From: Flavobacteriales bacterium
GTDB lineage: Bacteria > Bacteroidota > Bacteroidia > Flavobacteriales_F > PHOS-HE28
NCBI GenBank assembly: GCA_017987895.1
Contig: JAGNSU010000003.1
Span: 22,033-86,032 of the forward strand
Direction of reading: 5' to 3'
Length of the DNA: 64,000 nt
Positions 52,557 to 63,111 of the stretch are shown one piece after another. The notes beneath the pieces were generated by a model that did no database searches, was not told the origin of the DNA, and worked only from the letters and a program-made list of their open reading frames with translations. Numbering within the stretch: the first letter of the stretch is position 1; each line of letters opens with the position of its first letter. The translations under genes and the position numbers were made by a program.

Positions 52557-53795
52557 ATGAGCACCGTGAACCTCATCGAATCCTTCGGGGAATTCAAGGA
52601 CATCAAGAACATCGACCGGGTGACCATGATGGGCATCCTGGAGGACGTCTTCCGCGGCGTGGTGAAAAAGCGTTTCGGCGAGGAGGCCAACGTGGACATC
52701 ATCATCAACCCGGACAAGGGTGACCTGGAGATCTGGTTGAACCGCGTGATCGTCGAGGACGGCATGAGCGAGGACGATAACCTGGAGATCGAACTGGCCG
52801 AAGCGCGCAAGATCGAGCCCGATTTCGAAGTGGGTGAGGAGGTGAGCCAGGAAGTGAAGATCCTCGACTTCGGCCGCCGCAACATCCTTTCGCTGAAGCA
52901 GAACCTCCAGAGCCGGATCATGGAACTGGAGAAGGACCACCTCTACAACAAGTACAAGGAGCGGGTCGGTGAGATCATCACCGGAGAGGTGTACCAGATC
53001 TGGAAGCGCGAAACGCTGATCCTGGACGACGAGGGCAATGAGCTGATCATGCCCAAGGACCAGCAGATCAAGGTGGACTTCTTCAAAAAGGGCGATACGG
53101 TGCGCGCCGTGGTGTGGAAGGTGGAGATGCGCAACAACACGCCCGTGGTCATTCTCAGCCGCACCGCACCGGAATTCCTGGAGAAGTTGTTCGAGCAGGA
53201 AGTGCCTGAAGTGATGGACGGGCTCATCACCATCAAGCGCATCGTGCGCGAACCCGGCGAGCGCGCCAAGGTGGCGGTGGAGAGCTACGACGATCGCATC
53301 GATCCGGTAGGCGCCTGCGTGGGCATGAAAGGCAGCCGCATCCACGGCATTGTGCGCGAGCTACGCAATGAGAACATCGACGTGATCAATTGGACCGCGA
53401 ACGAGCAACTACTGATACAACGCGCGCTGAGCCCGGCCAAGATCGGGAACATCAAATTGGATGTGGAGCACAAGCGTGCTGAGGTCTACATGAAACCCGA
53501 CCAGGTGGCATTGGCCATTGGGAAGGGTGGCCACAACATCAAACTGGCGAGCCGGCTCACGGGCTACGACCTGGATGTGTACCGCGAAACGGATGAGGTG
53601 ACGGACGATGTGGACCTGGAGGAATTCGCTGATGAGATCGAGCATTGGATCATCGACGAATTGAAGAAGGTGGGATGCGACACCGCGCGCAGTGTGCTGG
53701 ACCTTCCGGTGGAAGAGCTGGTGCGCCGCAGCGATCTTGAAGAGGAGACGATCGTGGAAGTGGTCCGGGTCCTGAAAGCCGAACTGGAGGGATGA
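52557..53795 (+). CDS. nusA: Transcription termination/antitermination factor NusA
   Basis: S1 and KH domains are present: GEIITGEVYQI, PGERAKVAV and DPVGACVGMKGSRI. Confidence 0.95.
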   Translation: MSTVNLIESFGEFKDIKNIDRVTMMGILEDVFRGVVKKRFGEEANVDIIINPDKGDLEIWLNRVIVEDGMSEDDNLEIELAEARKIEPDFEVGEEVSQEVKILDFGRRNILSLKQNLQSRIMELEKDHLYNKYKERVGEIITGEVYQIWKRETLILDDEGNELIMPKDQQIKVDFFKKGDTVRAVVWKVEMRNNTPVVILSRTAPEFLEKLFEQEVPEVMDGLITIKRIVREPGERAKVAVESYDDRIDPVGACVGMKGSRIHGIVRELRNENIDVINWTANEQLLIQRALSPAKIGNIKLDVEHKRAEVYMKPDQVALAIGKGGHNIKLASRLTGYDLDVYRETDEVTDDVDLEEFADEIEHWIIDELKKVGCDTARSVLDLPVEELVRRSDLEEETIVEVVRVLKAELEG

Positions 53796-53859
53796 GCAGC
53801 GCCCTTCCGATCGCCCCGACGGTACGGGCCGATCACGATCGGCCCCAATTAAGAACTGA

Positions 53860-56526
53860 ATGAGCGAAGCGACGGAAAAAGGTGCGCGACTGAGCAAAGT
53901 GGCCCGTGAGTTCAACCTCGGGCTGCACACCGTGGTGGAGTTCCTGGAGAAGAAGGGCCACAAGGTGGAAAGCAACCCGAACACCAAGATCGGCAATGAC
54001 CTCTATGATCTGCTCATGGCCGAGTTCGGAACGGACAAGGCCATGAAGGAGCAGAGCAAGGCCACGGTGCAACTACGCCAGGAACGCGAGACGATCAGCT
54101 TGGTGGCAGCGCCCCCGGAGAAACCTTCCACCAAGCCCGCTGAGGATGAGGTGCTGATCCACAACCTACCTCCTAGCGATGCACCCGCACGTCCGGCGCA
54201 GCCTGAGACGATCAAGGCCAAGGTGGACCGGCCCAGTGTGAAAGTGTTGGACAAGATCGACCTGGCACCCAGAAAAAAGGCCGCTCCTGAGGCCCCGGTC
54301 CCGACACCCGTCCAGAGCGCAACACCGCCCGCGCCGCCAGCCGCAGTGGAGCCCCCCCCGCCCGCCGTTCCCGATGCGCCGGTGGAGCCAGAACTGATCC
54401 GCGCACGTGCGGAGAAACTCACCGGTCCGAAGACCGTGGGCCGCATCGACCTGCCTGTGGAACGGGAACGCAAGCCCTCGGAGCGCGGCGGTTCCGGTCC
54501 GGGCAGCGCCAATGATCGCGGCCGCCGCAAGCGGATCGTGAAACCCGGCCCGGTGAACATAGATCGCGCCGTACAACAAGAACAGCGCACCACACCGCCC
54601 AGCGGCCGCCCCGGCGAACTGGACGAGAACGCGGTGAAGAAGAAAGTGAGCGAGACGCTCGCCCGCCTCACCAGCTCGGGCAAGAGCCGTGGCTCGAAAA
54701 TGCGCAAGGACAAGCGGGCCGAGCGCTACCAGCGCCTGGAAGAGGAGCAGGCCGCGCGCGAGCTCGCCGGACGCACACTGAAGGTGACCGAGTTCGTTAC
54801 CGCGAGCGAACTGGCCTCTATGATGGGCGTGCCGGTCACGGACATCATCAAGGCTTGCTTCAGCTTGGGCCTCATGGTGAGCATCAACCAACGCCTTGAT
54901 GCGGAGACCCTTTCGGTCATCGCGGATGAATACGGCTTCAAGGTCGAGTTCGTCGGTGCTGACGTGCAGGAGAACATCCCGGTGGACACGGACGATGAGG
55001 CACGCATGGTATCACGCCCGCCGATCGTCACGGTGATGGGTCACGTGGACCATGGCAAGACCTCGTTGCTCGACTATGTGCGCAGCGCCAACGTAGTGGC
55101 CGGTGAAGCAGGTGGTATCACCCAGCACATCGGGGCCTATAGTGTGACGCTGAAGAACGGCAAGCACATCACGTTCCTGGATACCCCGGGCCACGAGGCT
55201 TTTACGGCCATGCGTGCACGGGGCGCTCAGGTCACGGACATCGCGATCATTGTGATCAGCGCGGACGATAGCGTCATGCCCCAAACGCGCGAAGCGATCA
55301 ACCACGCGCAAGCGGCCGGTGTGCCCATGGTCTTCGCGTTGAACAAGATCGACAAGGAAGGTGCCGCACCGGACAAGATCCGCGAAGAGCTCAGCCAGAT
55401 GAACATCCTGGTGGAAGAGTGGGGCGGCAAATTCCAGAGCCAGGAGATCAGCGCCAAAAAGGGCATCGGGATCGAGAACCTCCTGGAGAAAGTGCTCCTG
55501 GAAAGCGACATGCTCGATCTGAAGGCCGATCCGCAGAAGCGGGCCAGCGGCGTGGTGATCGAAAGCACCTTGGAGCAGGGCCGTGGTTATGTGACCACCA
55601 TCCTCGTGGAGGGCGGCACATTGCGCCGGGGCGATATCCTGCTCGCCGGCCAGTTCAGCGGCCGCGTGCGGAACATGTTCAATGAACGCGGCGTGCCCGT
55701 CATGGAAGCCGGACCTTCCGTACCGGTCTCCATCCTGGGTCTCGATGGTGCCCCGAACGCCGGCGACCATTTCCATGTGTTCGAGGACGAACGCGAGGCC
55801 CGGCAGATCGCCACGCGTCGCCAGCAATTGCAGCGCGAACAAGGCATCCGTACGCACAAGCACATCACCCTGGATGAGATCGGCCGCCGCTTGGCCATCG
55901 GTGATTTCAAGGAGCTCAACATCATCGTGAAAGGCGACGTGGATGGCTCGGTGGAGGCACTGACCGATTCACTGTTGAAGCTCAGCACCGAGAAGATCAA
56001 AGTCTCTGTGATCCACAAAGCCGTGGGTCCCATCGCGGAGAGCGACGTTCTGTTGGCCACCGCGTCGGACGCGATCATCATCGGTTTCCAAGTCCGGCCT
56101 ACGCCAGGTGCGCGCAAGCTGGCCGAGACCGAGGAGATCGACATCCGCCTCTACTCGATCATTTACGACGCCATCGAAGAGATCAAGCAGGCCATGGAGG
56201 GCATGCTGGCTCCGAAGGAGGTTGAAAGGGTGGTGGGCACCGCGGAGGTGCGCGATGTGTTCAAGATCAGCAAGGTGGGCACCGTGGCCGGATGTTTTGT
56301 GATCGACGGCAAGATCAAGCGGTCGAACAAGGTGCGCTTGATCCGAGAGGGCATTGTGGTCTACACCGGCGATCTGGCCGACCTCAAGCGCTTCAAGGAC
56401 GACGTGAAGGAGGTGACGCATGGTTACGAGTGCGGCCTCTCCATCAAGAACTTCAACGACATCAAGGTAGGCGACAACGTCGAAGCTTTCGAGATGGTGG
56501 AGGTGAAGCAGACGCTGGATAGCTGA
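53860..56526 (+). CDS. infB: Translation initiation factor IF-2
   Basis: G-domain motifs GHVDHGKTSLLD, DTPGHEAF and NKID. The N-terminal region is Pro/Ala-rich. Confidence 0.97.
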   Translation: MSEATEKGARLSKVAREFNLGLHTVVEFLEKKGHKVESNPNTKIGNDLYDLLMAEFGTDKAMKEQSKATVQLRQERETISLVAAPPEKPSTKPAEDEVLIHNLPPSDAPARPAQPETIKAKVDRPSVKVLDKIDLAPRKKAAPEAPVPTPVQSATPPAPPAAVEPPPPAVPDAPVEPELIRARAEKLTGPKTVGRIDLPVERERKPSERGGSGPGSANDRGRRKRIVKPGPVNIDRAVQQEQRTTPPSGRPGELDENAVKKKVSETLARLTSSGKSRGSKMRKDKRAERYQRLEEEQAARELAGRTLKVTEFVTASELASMMGVPVTDIIKACFSLGLMVSINQRLDAETLSVIADEYGFKVEFVGADVQENIPVDTDDEARMVSRPPIVTVMGHVDHGKTSLLDYVRSANVVAGEAGGITQHIGAYSVTLKNGKHITFLDTPGHEAFTAMRARGAQVTDIAIIVISADDSVMPQTREAINHAQAAGVPMVFALNKIDKEGAAPDKIREELSQMNILVEEWGGKFQSQEISAKKGIGIENLLEKVLLESDMLDLKADPQKRASGVVIESTLEQGRGYVTTILVEGGTLRRGDILLAGQFSGRVRNMFNERGVPVMEAGPSVPVSILGLDGAPNAGDHFHVFEDEREARQIATRRQQLQREQGIRTHKHITLDEIGRRLAIGDFKELNIIVKGDVDGSVEALTDSLLKLSTEKIKVSVIHKAVGPIAESDVLLATASDAIIIGFQVRPTPGARKLAETEEIDIRLYSIIYDAIEEIKQAMEGMLAPKEVERVVGTAEVRDVFKISKVGTVAGCFVIDGKIKRSNKVRLIREGIVVYTGDLADLKRFKDDVKEVTHGYECGLSIKNFNDIKVGDNVEAFEMVEVKQTLDS

Positions 56527-56552
56527 GGGGCATAATGCGGAGCCACGAGGTT

Positions 56553-56596
56553 CCGAACAACGAAGGCCGGGAGAGATCCCGGCCTTCGTTGTTCGG
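56553..56596. terminator. Long perfect hairpin after infB, between convergent genes
   Basis: CCGAACAACGAAGGCCGGG / CCCGGCCTTCGTTGTTCGG forms a 19-bp perfect stem with loop AGAGAT. Confidence 0.75.
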
Positions 56597-56746
56597 TGTT
56601 CCCCGACCCCGCTTCCGCGAACGCGGGCCCCAGCACTGACTTGGATCATCTCAAGCCGCCTCTGGTGGACCGGAAGGCGCACCGCGCTGGTTCCACGTAC
56701 CGACCCATCTCGATCAACCTCCGCTACGACCCCGTCGGAACGTGAT

Positions 56747-57724
56747 CTAGAACACGATCTTCTGTCTGCGCAGGCGGGTGCGGTACTTCTTACTGCGCGA
56801 CTTGAACTTGTAGATCTTGTAATGCACTTGCGCGCGGATGAACAGGTAGGCGTCCAGATCGCTCGGGTCGCCGCGTTGCTCACCGGGCCCGTACCGGAGG
56901 CCCTCCGGTTGCGGGTCCGCTAGGAAAGCGGCCGCCTCTCCGGATGGGGATCCGATGCCTCCGTTCGCTGAGGCGATGGAGTCGTTGTTGTAATACACCC
57001 CGCTCACATCGTCGATATAGTCAGTGAAGGTCTTGGTGTACTGTAGCTCCAGACCGACGCTGAGCACTTTGCTCAATTGTTTGCGGATCCCGAGACCCAT
57101 CGGGATCGCCAGGCTGAAGTTGGAATACACCTCAGGGCCACCTTCCATGCCTTGACCTTCCGTATGCAGCGGCTTCAGCTCCACCCACGCATTATTGAAC
57201 TTGCCCTTCGGGTTGAAGTAACAACCGCCCACACCCGCGAACACATAGAGCCCCATGCGGGAGGACTTTGTTCCCTTCACCCCGCGGATATCGTAGAGGT
57301 GGCCGAGTTCTTCCAGGAACGGGTGAACTTCGAGCAATAACGCGCCCTCGAACAGGTCGGATCGGAAATTCAGGTTTCTGCGCGCACGAGCGGGTTCGTT
57401 GGTCAGGTTGTCGTTGCCGGCCATGACCCCATAGGCCAACTGGGTGCGCAGGCTGAAACGCTCGCGGATATAGTAACGATGCGCGAGCGCGAACGCGGGC
57501 CGCGTCTGGCTCAACTCCAAGTCCCAAATGAACGAGGTGCCGACTTGGTCACGTCCTCCCAGTTCGCCGAGGAAATTCGAAGCGCCGAGGCCGATGGAGA
57601 TCTCGTTGCGATGCGTTTTCCAATAGTCGGTGGTCCGGAAATACTGGGCGCTGGCTTTAGGTGCGGAGCAAAAGACCGCCAGCATGAGCAAGGACCAGGA
57701 CAGGAGGGGGCGCCGGGCGACCAT
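56747..57724 (-). CDS. Outer-membrane beta-barrel protein (hypothetical)
   Basis: ATG 57724 gives the signal peptide MVARRPLLSWSLLMLAVFCSAPKASAQ. Gly/aromatic-rich strands follow, and the C-terminus is RLRRQKIVF. Confidence 0.7.
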   Translation of the reverse strand: MVARRPLLSWSLLMLAVFCSAPKASAQYFRTTDYWKTHRNEISIGLGASNFLGELGGRDQVGTSFIWDLELSQTRPAFALAHRYYIRERFSLRTQLAYGVMAGNDNLTNEPARARRNLNFRSDLFEGALLLEVHPFLEELGHLYDIRGVKGTKSSRMGLYVFAGVGGCYFNPKGKFNNAWVELKPLHTEGQGMEGGPEVYSNFSLAIPMGLGIRKQLSKVLSVGLELQYTKTFTDYIDDVSGVYYNNDSIASANGGIGSPSGEAAAFLADPQPEGLRYGPGEQRGDPSDLDAYLFIRAQVHYKIYKFKSRSKKYRTRLRRQKIVF

Positions 57725-57857
57725 CTGCGAAGACCGTTCACGGCACATGGCTTCTCGCTCCGGGCCTTGTGCGCCACTGCTGGCGCGGTCTCCGGGGGCG
57801 GGTGTACACATGCGCATGAAGGGGCGGCCAAGGTAGGGAACGGACATGGAACAGCCG

Positions 57858-58265
57858 TCACGGCGTGCTCGCTTCGGAAAGTCGGGGTGGCTCGATCCGG
57901 TCTTGCACAACGTAGCATCCGGGCTGCTCCTCCTTCAGATCATGCCGTAGCCGTTCGGCGCTGATGCGGTCGCGTAGGTCGCCTACTCGGATGCGGAAAT
58001 TGGGTGCCAGGTAACTGAGGTAAGCGGGCACATCGGGATGCTTCAGCAGGAAGGCCTGGCGGGTTTTCACGGCATCCGCTTTCGTACCCAGAAAGATCTG
58101 CACCCGATACCCGTCGATCACATGGTCCGATGCAGGGTACTCCTCCAAGAACTTCAGCGCGCGCTCATCCCCGGTCCATTGGATGGCGGCGGTGTCGGTC
58201 TGCGCAAGGAGAATGTTCCATGGGACCGTACCCATCAACAGGAACCACACGCTCGCACGTATCAT
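57858..58265 (-). CDS. SPOR-domain protein
   Basis: ATG 58265 gives MIRASVWFLLMGTVPWNILLAQ. GYRVQIFLGTKADAVKTRQAFL..FRIRVGDLRDRISAERL is SPOR-like. Confidence 0.75.
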   Translation of the reverse strand: MIRASVWFLLMGTVPWNILLAQTDTAAIQWTGDERALKFLEEYPASDHVIDGYRVQIFLGTKADAVKTRQAFLLKHPDVPAYLSYLAPNFRIRVGDLRDRISAERLRHDLKEEQPGCYVVQDRIEPPRLSEASTP

Positions 58266-58273
58266 AACTGCGG

Positions 58274-58281
58274 CAAAGGTA
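58274..58281 (-). promoter_or_regulatory. -7 box TACCTTTG, 8 nt upstream of ATG 58265
   Basis: The plus strand reads CAAAGGTA. Confidence 0.5.
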
Positions 58282-58421
58282 GGCGTGGGTGCGTTGCAGA
58301 TGGGCGCGTTCGTAGGCTGACATTGGTGTGGATGGCGACCAACGCTGTTTAGAACGATCCTAAATAGTGACGCTTCCATGGCTTAGCCGCACCCCACCCG
58401 TCCCGGGTACGCTTCGCCGTT

Positions 58422-58429
58422 TATTTTTG
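58422..58429 (+). promoter_or_regulatory. -7 box TATTTTTG upstream of the ACIII operon
   Basis: Exact TAnnTTTG match, 41 nt upstream of ATG 58471. Confidence 0.5.
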
Positions 58430-58470
58430 CGCCGCATCTACAGGGCCACCCCTCGCCAAAATCGTCCGGA

Positions 58471-59802
58471 ATGCCGCGTCCAACAAGGATTTCTCCACGT
58501 TCCACCGGGCTCTTCCACGCACTGTTCTTCCTGTTCCTCATCTTATTCGCGGGGTCTGCTCGCGCCCAAGGCGCTGATGCCGCCCTCTATGGTGCGGGTG
58601 AGAAGATCTTCAAAGGCAGTTGCTCCAGCTGCCACAAACCGCATGTCAAGCAACCCACTGGACCCGCGCTGAAGGATGCGCGTGCCCGTTGGGAGGGTCA
58701 AGGCGATATCTATGCGTGGGTGCGGAATAGCCAGACCGTGGTGAAGAGCGGCAACGCTTATGCACAGAAGCTCTTTGGCGAGTGGAACCAAATAATGACG
58801 CCGCAGGCGTTAACCAACGAGGAGATCGACGCCGTCCTCTACTATGCGGACAATTTTGTTCCACCCGCACCCCAAGGTGGGGATCAGCCGACACCGGTGG
58901 GTGCCCCTGCACCCGAAGCACCCATGTGGCCATGGCTGATCGTGGTCGGGCTGCTGCTCGCAGTGGTCACGCTCAGCTTGGGTGGTGTGCGCAAGAGCCT
59001 TACCAGCGCGGTGCGCGAGGCCGAGGGCCAGTCGGCCATCGGCGACAGGACCGGGTTACAACGTTTATATCATTGGGCGGGGGACAACAAGATATTCGCG
59101 TCGGTGATCGGCCTCTCGCTGGTCACTTGGTTCCTTGTTGCTGCTTGGTATTGGGCGCTCACGATCGGAGTGTATGGCGGCGATACCGTCGAACACTACA
59201 AGCCCGAACAGCCGATCCTGTTCAACCACACCCTGCACGCCGGCAAGGCGGATAAGAACAACTTGGCAATAAACTGCCAGTACTGCCACAGCGGGGCGGA
59301 GAAAAGCAAACATGCCGGAATACCCAGTGCCAACGTGTGCATGAACTGCCACAAGGTGGTGGCGCAAGGCCGCTCGGACGCGGGCACCAAGGAGATCCAG
59401 AAGATATACGCGGCGGTGGGTTGGGACCCGGAAAAGCTGGCTTACACCGGCAAGGAGGATCCGATCGAATGGGTGAAAGTGCATAACCTACCTGACCATG
59501 CTTTCTTCAGCCATGAACAGCATGTGGCGGTCGGTAAGGTGGAATGCCAGGAATGCCATGGCCCCATCGATGAGAAGATGGACGTGGCCGAGCAGTGGGC
59601 ACCGCTCACGATGGGGTGGTGCATACAGTGCCACAATGAGAAGGATGTGAAGATGGCCGGCAATGGCTATTACGATGAGTTGATGGTGCGTATGGAAGCG
59701 AACGAGAAGCTCGGCCATCGCGAGCTCAAGGAGTATTTGGAGGACGAGAAGATCACCGTGAAGGAGCTTGGCGGCTGGGAATGCGCCAAGTGCCACTACT
59801 AA
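58471..59802 (+). CDS. actA: Multihaem c-type cytochrome, Alternative Complex III ActA-like, with an extra N-terminal monohaem domain
   Basis: Six CxxCH motifs: CSSCH, CQYCH, CMNCH, CQECH, CIQCH and CAKCH. A TM helix separates the first motif from the other five. Confidence 0.85.
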   Translation: MPRPTRISPRSTGLFHALFFLFLILFAGSARAQGADAALYGAGEKIFKGSCSSCHKPHVKQPTGPALKDARARWEGQGDIYAWVRNSQTVVKSGNAYAQKLFGEWNQIMTPQALTNEEIDAVLYYADNFVPPAPQGGDQPTPVGAPAPEAPMWPWLIVVGLLLAVVTLSLGGVRKSLTSAVREAEGQSAIGDRTGLQRLYHWAGDNKIFASVIGLSLVTWFLVAAWYWALTIGVYGGDTVEHYKPEQPILFNHTLHAGKADKNNLAINCQYCHSGAEKSKHAGIPSANVCMNCHKVVAQGRSDAGTKEIQKIYAAVGWDPEKLAYTGKEDPIEWVKVHNLPDHAFFSHEQHVAVGKVECQECHGPIDEKMDVAEQWAPLTMGWCIQCHNEKDVKMAGNGYYDELMVRMEANEKLGHRELKEYLEDEKITVKELGGWECAKCHY

Positions 59803-59819
59803 GAACACCGCGCCGCCGC

Positions 59820-62800
59820 ATGTCGAGCACGAAGCGTTACTGGCAGGACCTGGCCCAACTGGACCGGGCCGCTGATGTGATCAAAGGCCGGGAGAACGAG
59901 TTCCAGGCCCCTCTGCCCATCGACGAGATGTTGGCGGATAAAAGCCTCACCGGTTCTACCACCGGTCGCCGCGATTTCCTGAAGTTCCTGGGCTTCGGCG
60001 TAGGCGCTGCCGCTTTGGCCGCCTGCGAGACGCCGGTGATCAAGAGCATTCCGTATGTGAACAAACCGGAGGAGATCGTCCCCGGCGTGGCCACATGGTA
60101 CGCGAGCACCTACTACGATGGTAGCGACTACGCCAGCATCCTGGTGAAGACGCGCGAAGGCCGACCGATCCACATCATGGGCAACCCACGGTTCGGCATC
60201 AACCGCAACCCGAAGTTGAGCGTGGGCTCCATTAGCGCCCGCATCAACAGCTCCGTGCTGGGGCTTTATGACAGCGAGCGGTTGAAGGGTCCGGTCAAAT
60301 ACATCGCTGGTGAGAGCGGCACCGAGAGCCAGGCCTCTGCCTGGAGCGAAGCGGACAAGGCCATCACCGCCAAACTGGATGCCGTCGCTGCCGGTGACAA
60401 GCGCATCGTGCTGCTCACAGGAACGGTGATCAGTCCGAGCACCAAGGCCGCGATCGCGAAGTTGCAGGGTAAGTACGCTTCGGCGCCCGCCGCTGAAGGA
60501 AGTGTGGCCACCAGCAAGGTGGACCATGTGCAGTACGACGCGATCAGTTACAGCGGCCTCACCAAGGCCAATGAGAAGAGCTTCGGCCTGCGCGTTATGC
60601 CGAGCTATGACCTGACGAAGGCCGATGTGATCGTGGCCGTGGATTGCGATTTCCTCAGCACCTGGGGTAGCACCACCGAGCACAGCTGGCAGTACTCCAG
60701 CCGCCGCCGTCCCGAGGATGGAGGCATGAACAAGCACTGGCAGTTCGAGGCGCGAATGAGCAACACCGGAGCGAACGCTGACATGCGTGTCGCTGTCAAG
60801 GTGAGCGAGCTGCCCGCCGTGGTGATCGGCCTGCACGACGCGATCGCGAAGAAAGCAGGCGGTGCGACGGTCGGTGGCGGATCGGAGAATGCCTCCGTGG
60901 CGCAGGCCGCCGATGAGCTCTGGGCCGCAAAAGGCAAAAGCCTCGTACTCGCCGGAAGCAATGATGAAGGCGTGCAGACCTTGGTGAACAGCATCAACAC
61001 CATGCTGGGGAACTATGGAAGCACCATCGACCTGGCCAACCCGACCTCCTTCTATCAAGGGGATGATGCGGCGATGGACAAGCTTGTCGCTGACATGAAC
61101 GCCGGGCGGATCGGTGCGCTACTGATCGCCGATGTCAATCCCGCCTACCATTTGTCGAACGCCGCCGAATTCCGCACGGGGCTGGGCAAAGTGGACCTGA
61201 GCGTCCACATGGGAACGCATGCGGATGAGACCGCGAGCCTCTGCCATTGGAACTGCGCGGACCACCATTTCCTCGAGAGTTGGAACGACCTGATGCCCAA
61301 GACGGGCCGTTACGCGCTGGCGCAGCCCACCATTCGGCCGCTGTTCGACACGCGCCAGTGGCAGGAGAGCTTGCTGCGTTGGGCGGGGGATATGGGCAGC
61401 TACCACGAGCTGATCCGCAGCACCTGGCAGTCGGCGATGTCGAGCCGTGCGGATGCCGCCACGATGCCTCCCTTCGAGCATGTATGGCAGACATCCCTGC
61501 ACGACGGCGGCTTCGATGCCTACACCGCCACTCCTTCCGCTGTGGTCTTCGCTGGCGATGTGAAAGCCGCTGGCGATCTAGCAAAGAAGTCCGCGAGCGG
61601 TGCCGGTGAATGGGAACTGGCACTTTACACCAAGGAGAGCATTGGGGATGGTCGCCATGCGAACAATCCATGGCTGCAGGAGTTGCCCGATCCGCTGAGC
61701 AAGGTGACCTGGGACAACTACGTGTTGATGGCGCCCGCTGACATGAAGCGCCTTGGCCTGAACATCTACCTGGGTCAAGAACACCCAGCGAGCCTGGTGA
61801 AAGTGGCCGCGAACGGTGCCGAGATCGAACTGCCGGTGGTGCCTGCGCCGGGCCAAAAGGCCGGGACCATTTCGATCGCGTTGGGCTATGGCCGTGGCGC
61901 GAACGGCGAACGCGTGGGCCGCGCTGCTTGTTTACTTGGGGAAGATGGCCTCGTTGTGCCTGTGGGCCGCAACGCCTATCCGTTCACCAGCCGTGTGAAC
62001 GGTACGGTGAGCTACGCCGCATTGAGCGCCACGGTGTTGCCCACCGGCGCCACCTACCCAATGGCCCTCACACAAACGCACATGACGGACATGGACCGTC
62101 ACAGCGCCGTCAAGGAGACCAGCCTTGGCGTATGGGCGAAACATGATCCCAAAGGCACCTACAACCATCCACATACGATGGCGGTCCACGAGGATGCCAA
62201 CGAGGACGGTGTGATCGATGCGCGCGACCGCAAGCCGGTGAAGGACTTCGATCTATGGGAGGAGCATGCCGTGGGCGTGAACCATCGCTGGGGGATGAGC
62301 ATCGACCTCAACAGCTGCACAGGTTGTGGGGCTTGCATCACCGCCTGCACCAGCGAGAACAACGTGTCCGTGGTCGGCAAGGATGAAGTGCGCCGCAGCC
62401 GTGAGATGCACTGGCTGCGTCTGGACCGTTATTACAGCTCCGAAATGACCAAGGAGCGCGCGCAAGAAGAGGGCGTGGGCAAGATCGACATGTACCTGCA
62501 AATGGAGGTGCCCGAGGAGAACCCCAAAGTGGTGTTCATGCCTATGATGTGCCAGCACTGCAACCACGCACCGTGCGAAACGGTATGTCCGGTGGCGGCT
62601 ACCACGCATAGCAACGAAGGGCTGAACATGATGGCCTACAACCGCTGCATCGGCACCCGGTACTGCAGTAACAACTGCCCCTACAAAGTGCGCCGCTTCA
62701 ATTGGTTCAACTATGTGACGGCCAAGTTCGGCGAAGTGAACCCCGCATGGGACGACCTGGGCCGCATGGTGCTGAACCCGGACGTGGTGGTGCGCAGCCG

Positions 62801-63092
62801 CGGAGTGATCGAGAAGTGCAGCCTCTGCGTCCAGCGCATCCAGGCGGGCAAGCTCGACGCGAAGAAGGCGAGTACTCCTGTCGCCGACGGCTCCATCCAG
62901 ACCGCTTGTATGGCCGCCTGTGGCAGCGGTGCCATCGTGTTCGGCGATCTGAACGACAGCAAGAGCCGTGTCCGCCAATTGCATGGTGAGGAACGCGCTT
63001 ACTACGCCTTGGAAGAGATCGGTGTGAAACCCAACGTGAGCTACCTCGCCAAGGTGCGCAACAGCGAGGAGACCGAAGCCCATCACGCCTAA
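59820..63092 (+). CDS. actB: Alternative Complex III ActB: Tat-exported molybdopterin-oxidoreductase-like domain fused to a 4Fe-4S ferredoxin domain
   Basis: ATG 59820. Twin-arginine signal [22 protein letters not shown]. Fe-S motifs [37 protein letters not shown] and CSLCVQR. Confidence 0.9.
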   Translation: MSSTKRYWQDLAQLDRAADVIKGRENEFQAPLPIDEMLADKSLTGSTTGRRDFLKFLGFGVGAAALAACETPVIKSIPYVNKPEEIVPGVATWYASTYYDGSDYASILVKTREGRPIHIMGNPRFGINRNPKLSVGSISARINSSVLGLYDSERLKGPVKYIAGESGTESQASAWSEADKAITAKLDAVAAGDKRIVLLTGTVISPSTKAAIAKLQGKYASAPAAEGSVATSKVDHVQYDAISYSGLTKANEKSFGLRVMPSYDLTKADVIVAVDCDFLSTWGSTTEHSWQYSSRRRPEDGGMNKHWQFEARMSNTGANADMRVAVKVSELPAVVIGLHDAIAKKAGGATVGGGSENASVAQAADELWAAKGKSLVLAGSNDEGVQTLVNSINTMLGNYGSTIDLANPTSFYQGDDAAMDKLVADMNAGRIGALLIADVNPAYHLSNAAEFRTGLGKVDLSVHMGTHADETASLCHWNCADHHFLESWNDLMPKTGRYALAQPTIRPLFDTRQWQESLLRWAGDMGSYHELIRSTWQSAMSSRADAATMPPFEHVWQTSLHDGGFDAYTATPSAVVFAGDVKAAGDLAKKSASGAGEWELALYTKESIGDGRHANNPWLQELPDPLSKVTWDNYVLMAPADMKRLGLNIYLGQEHPASLVKVAANGAEIELPVVPAPGQKAGTISIALGYGRGANGERVGRAACLLGEDGLVVPVGRNAYPFTSRVNGTVSYAALSATVLPTGATYPMALTQTHMTDMDRHSAVKETSLGVWAKHDPKGTYNHPHTMAVHEDANEDGVIDARDRKPVKDFDLWEEHAVGVNHRWGMSIDLNSCTGCGACITACTSENNVSVVGKDEVRRSREMHWLRLDRYYSSEMTKERAQEEGVGKIDMYLQMEVPEENPKVVFMPMMCQHCNHAPCETVCPVAATTHSNEGLNMMAYNRCIGTRYCSNNCPYKVRRFNWFNYVTAKFGEVNPAWDDLGRMVLNPDVVVRSRGVIEKCSLCVQRIQAGKLDAKKASTPVADGSIQTACMAACGSGAIVFGDLNDSKSRVRQLHGEERAYYALEEIGVKPNVSYLAKVRNSEETEAHHA

Positions 63093-63111
63093 GCAAAACG
63101 GAAAGGACCCC

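Noticed and set aside
57725-57817. Alternative upstream start (ATG 57817, 10 nt after a TACCTTGG box) for the outer-membrane barrel gene
   Set aside because: It would add about 31 non-signal residues ahead of an otherwise ideal signal peptide (MVARRPLLSWSLLMLAVFCSAPKASAQ). It is kept as a possibility, and the box may simply mark a long 5' UTR.
59799-61058. 419-aa minus-strand ORF, together with 62707-63993 (428 aa) and 62253-63158 (301 aa)
   Set aside because: They are antisense to actB and actC, which have Tat-signal, Fe-S and NrfD-like membrane features on the sense strand.
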